Shown here: positions 61,670 to 64,000 of the stretch, piece after piece
Layout: each line of letters begins with the position of its first letter
Position numbering within the stretch: position 1 is the first letter of the stretch
NCBI GenBank assembly: GCA_963693055.1
Contig: OY843751.1
Coordinates: forward strand, 2,720,001-2,784,000
Origin: a bacterium
GTDB lineage: Bacteria; Zhuqueibacterota; Zhuqueibacteria; Residuimicrobiales; Krinioviventaceae
Length of the DNA stretch: 64,000 nt
Reading direction: 5' to 3'
Position numbers and translations under genes: made by a program
The notes under the pieces: generated by a model
What the model was told of the DNA's origin: nothing
Databases searched by the model: none
Seen by the model: the letters and a program-made list of their open reading frames with translations, nothing else

Positions 61670-62644
61670 ATGCAAAAAATATTTATTGCTTTAATCTTAC
61701 TTTGTCATTTTGCTTTTGCAGGTTATGGCGTTGGCACTTCTGCATATATTTCATTAACATCCATGCCACCAGATGCACCAGAGTTGTCTGCCCCTGCGCA
61801 TGGTACAACAGGTATAGCTGATTCGACTGTTCTGTCTTGGCATTCACAAATCCATACATCGGGCTTTAATCTACAATTATCCACAACTCCGGATTTTGAA
61901 ACAGCTCTGGTAGATAAAGCAGATATTGGTGATACCTTGTACGCTGCTTCAGATCTTGCTCGTGAAACCCTTCATTACTGGCGCGTGAGTGCGGTAAATG
62001 CTGCGGGTATAAGCGACTATTCAACCGTTTGGTTCTTTACTACATTAAAAGCTGTAGCTATTGCACCAATTTTATATCAACCAGAAGACGGTTCAATGAG
62101 CATTAATCCCAATGTAGAACTTCGATGGAACAACGTTCCTGGTGCTCTATCATATCATTTACAGGTTTCAGAACAAAATGATTTTTCAACTTTAACTATT
62201 GATGAGAGCAACTTGACCAATGTTTGGTATCAGGTTGATCTGGAAATGGAAAAAAACTGGTACTGGCGAGTCAGCGCCACCAATGAAGGCGGTGAAGGTG
62301 AATTTTCAAACAACTGGACTTTTAGCACATGGTCTACAGGTATTGAAAACGGTGAAGCCTTGCCCAAAACCTTTGCTTTGTTACCGGTTTACCCAAATCC
62401 TTTTAATCCCACTGCTTATATAACGTATCATCTGCCCAAAACATCAGATTTATCGCTCATAATTTACAACAGTGTCGGCCAGTCAATTCGTACACTGGTA
62501 TCGGGGCAACAGCAAGCCGGACGATATACAATACAATGGGATGGTCACGATAACTATGGCCATTCCGTTACCAGTGGTATGTATCTGTGCCGTTTCACAT
62601 GTGGTGACCACGTATTTATTCAAAAGATGCTATTATTGCGATAA
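61670..62644 (+). CDS. Secreted protein with two FN3-like repeats and FlgD-Ig/T9SS-like C-terminus
   Basis: Two P.L..P..G...L.W...Y.LQ.S...DF...YWRVSA.N..G...S..W.F.T units; YPNPFNP, WDG...SGMY. Confidence 0.82.
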   Translation: MQKIFIALILLCHFAFAGYGVGTSAYISLTSMPPDAPELSAPAHGTTGIADSTVLSWHSQIHTSGFNLQLSTTPDFETALVDKADIGDTLYAASDLARETLHYWRVSAVNAAGISDYSTVWFFTTLKAVAIAPILYQPEDGSMSINPNVELRWNNVPGALSYHLQVSEQNDFSTLTIDESNLTNVWYQVDLEMEKNWYWRVSATNEGGEGEFSNNWTFSTWSTGIENGEALPKTFALLPVYPNPFNPTAYITYHLPKTSDLSLIIYNSVGQSIRTLVSGQQQAGRYTIQWDGHDNYGHSVTSGMYLCRFTCGDHVFIQKMLLLR

Positions 62645-62679
62645 TTCGTTGAATGTAGATCTGAAACCAAGAGGCAGAC

Positions 62680-64000
62680 ATGAAAAAAACTATAATTTTA
62701 ATGATATTAATTTTGATTAGTGGATTATTGTATGCAGCTGATCCGGTTATTGAGAATGTACGTGTTGAACAGCGAACTGACGGCTCATTGCTTGTTGATG
62801 TTTATTTTGATGTATCTGATTCTGACGGAGATACATTAGCTGTTGCAATAAATGTATCTGATGATAATGGAACAAGCTGGATACCATGTTCAAGTGTAAG
62901 TGGAGATGTGGGTATAAATGTAATTTCCGGTAGTGCAAAACATATAGTATGGGATTTTTTTAAAGACAATCCAAATATCCGTGGGGATAATTTTCAAGTT
63001 AAAGTAATTGCTGCTGACAAGGAAACGCTTTTGGATATTGATGGTAATATTTATAAAACAGTACAGATTGGTACTCAGATTTGGATGGTTGAAGATTTAA
63101 AAGTAACTCATTATCGAAACGGGGAGCCAATCCCTAATGTAATTGACGATGTAGAATGGAGTCGTTTAGCTACAGGTGCTTTTTGTTATTATGATAATGC
63201 AGACAGTAATGCTGCAAATTATGGTGCTCTCTATAATTGGTACGCAATTGATGATGATAGAAACATTGCTCCGGAAGGCTGGCATGTTCCCACGGATGAA
63301 GAATGGAAACAAATGGAGCTTTCTCTGGGCATGAGCCAGAATGAAGTCAATGATAGTGGTTGGCGTGGTCCGAACGTAGGTAGCAAACTTAAGGACAATG
63401 ATTTACGGTACTGGAATAATGAAAACAATGGAGCAACCAACGAAAGCGGATTTAGTGCCAGACCAGGCGGATATCGTAATAATTATAATGGAAGTTTTCA
63501 TGAAAAAGGCAATGCTGTACTTTTATGGACTGCTACAGAATATAATAATAGCTCTGCATGGAATCGCAATCTGTTTTATGAAGATAGTGAAATCTACAGG
63601 GGGAGCTCCCAGAAGCGTCTTGGCACTGCGGTTCGTCTTGTGAGGGATACTGCTGCTGAAGCAATCCTTACAAGTGTAAGTATTACTCCACAAGATACGA
63701 TATTGTACACAAACGAATCCTGTCAATTTACCTGCATGGCAAACTTTAGTGATGGCAGAACAAAGGATGTGACCGGTAATGCTCTCTGGAGTATTACATC
63801 GGATGATTGCGGTTCAATTAACAGCCAAGGCCTATTCAAAGCAGATAGTATTGCTGCTGGAGAAGTAACAATACAGGTTGAATATTTAGATTTTAACCAT
63901 ACTGCAACAATTAAGATAATACATGAAACAGGCACTATGACAGACATTGACGGTAATGTTTATCAGACTGTGCATATCGGCAACCAATGGTGGATGGCTG
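62680..64000 (+). CDS. Secreted Fib_succ_major (FISUMP) protein with an Ig-like domain and a second FISUMP domain; truncated by window end
   Basis: Not in ORF track; RBS GAGG; MKKTIILM signal; DIDGNIYKTVQIGTQIWM, YGALYNWYA, PEGWHVP, GFSARPGG, VRLVRD; second DIDGNVYQTVHIGNQWWMA at the end. Confidence 0.9.
   Translation, partial: MKKTIILMILILISGLLYAADPVIENVRVEQRTDGSLLVDVYFDVSDSDGDTLAVAINVSDDNGTSWIPCSSVSGDVGINVISGSAKHIVWDFFKDNPNIRGDNFQVKVIAADKETLLDIDGNIYKTVQIGTQIWMVEDLKVTHYRNGEPIPNVIDDVEWSRLATGAFCYYDNADSNAANYGALYNWYAIDDDRNIAPEGWHVPTDEEWKQMELSLGMSQNEVNDSGWRGPNVGSKLKDNDLRYWNNENNGATNESGFSARPGGYRNNYNGSFHEKGNAVLLWTATEYNNSSAWNRNLFYEDSEIYRGSSQKRLGTAVRLVRDTAAEAILTSVSITPQDTILYTNESCQFTCMANFSDGRTKDVTGNALWSITSDDCGSINSQGLFKADSIAAGEVTIQVEYLDFNHTATIKIIHETGTMTDIDGNVYQTVHIGNQWWMA

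Noticed and set aside
61377-61670. Prophage or integrative element at tRNA-Pro
   Set aside because: No integrase or att duplication seen within the window
62680-64000. Diversity-generating retroelement
   Set aside because: No reverse transcriptase or near-identical TR/VR pair visible in this window
1-64000. CRISPR arrays, IS elements, rRNA and the many short antisense or alternate-frame ORFs
   Set aside because: No regularly spaced repeats, transposase or rRNA motifs seen by eye; the short ORFs lie within well-supported genes and have no recognisable motifs

Overview
AT-rich bacterial chromosomal segment, almost all on the + strand. Secreted proteins with PNPFNP/FlgD-Ig C-terminal domains, a Fib_succ_major protein and a TonB receptor suggest a diderm FCB-group anaerobe such as KSB1 or Calditrichota (inference only). 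Housekeeping genes include mltG, pcrA/uvrD, nadC, a ClpX-like ATPase, uvrC, argG-argH, comM, nfeD-slipin, tdh-kbl, ispG, tRNA-Pro(CGG) and a stand-alone 6S RNA. Two loci stand out. (1) A tightly coupled 14-gene, ~19 kb operon (14945-33967) that I cannot assign to any characterised pathway. It joins five PQQ-like beta-propellers, an NHL propeller, Tat-type Fe-S proteins, a NapH-like membrane conduit, a HydC/HydB-type electron-bifurcating fusion, a GltD-like partner lacking its NAD(P) domain, a CxxC-bearing GT4 and a MacB/LolCDE-type ABC exporter. (2) Two tandem probable selenoproteins (44587-44992), one missed and one truncated by the ORF track, each with an in-frame UGA and a SECIS-like hairpin. 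They lie upstream of a CoA-disulfide-reductase-like gene, DUF6132 and a pentaheme cytochrome. No CRISPR array, integrase or transposase was seen. All calls come from motif reading; no database search was run.
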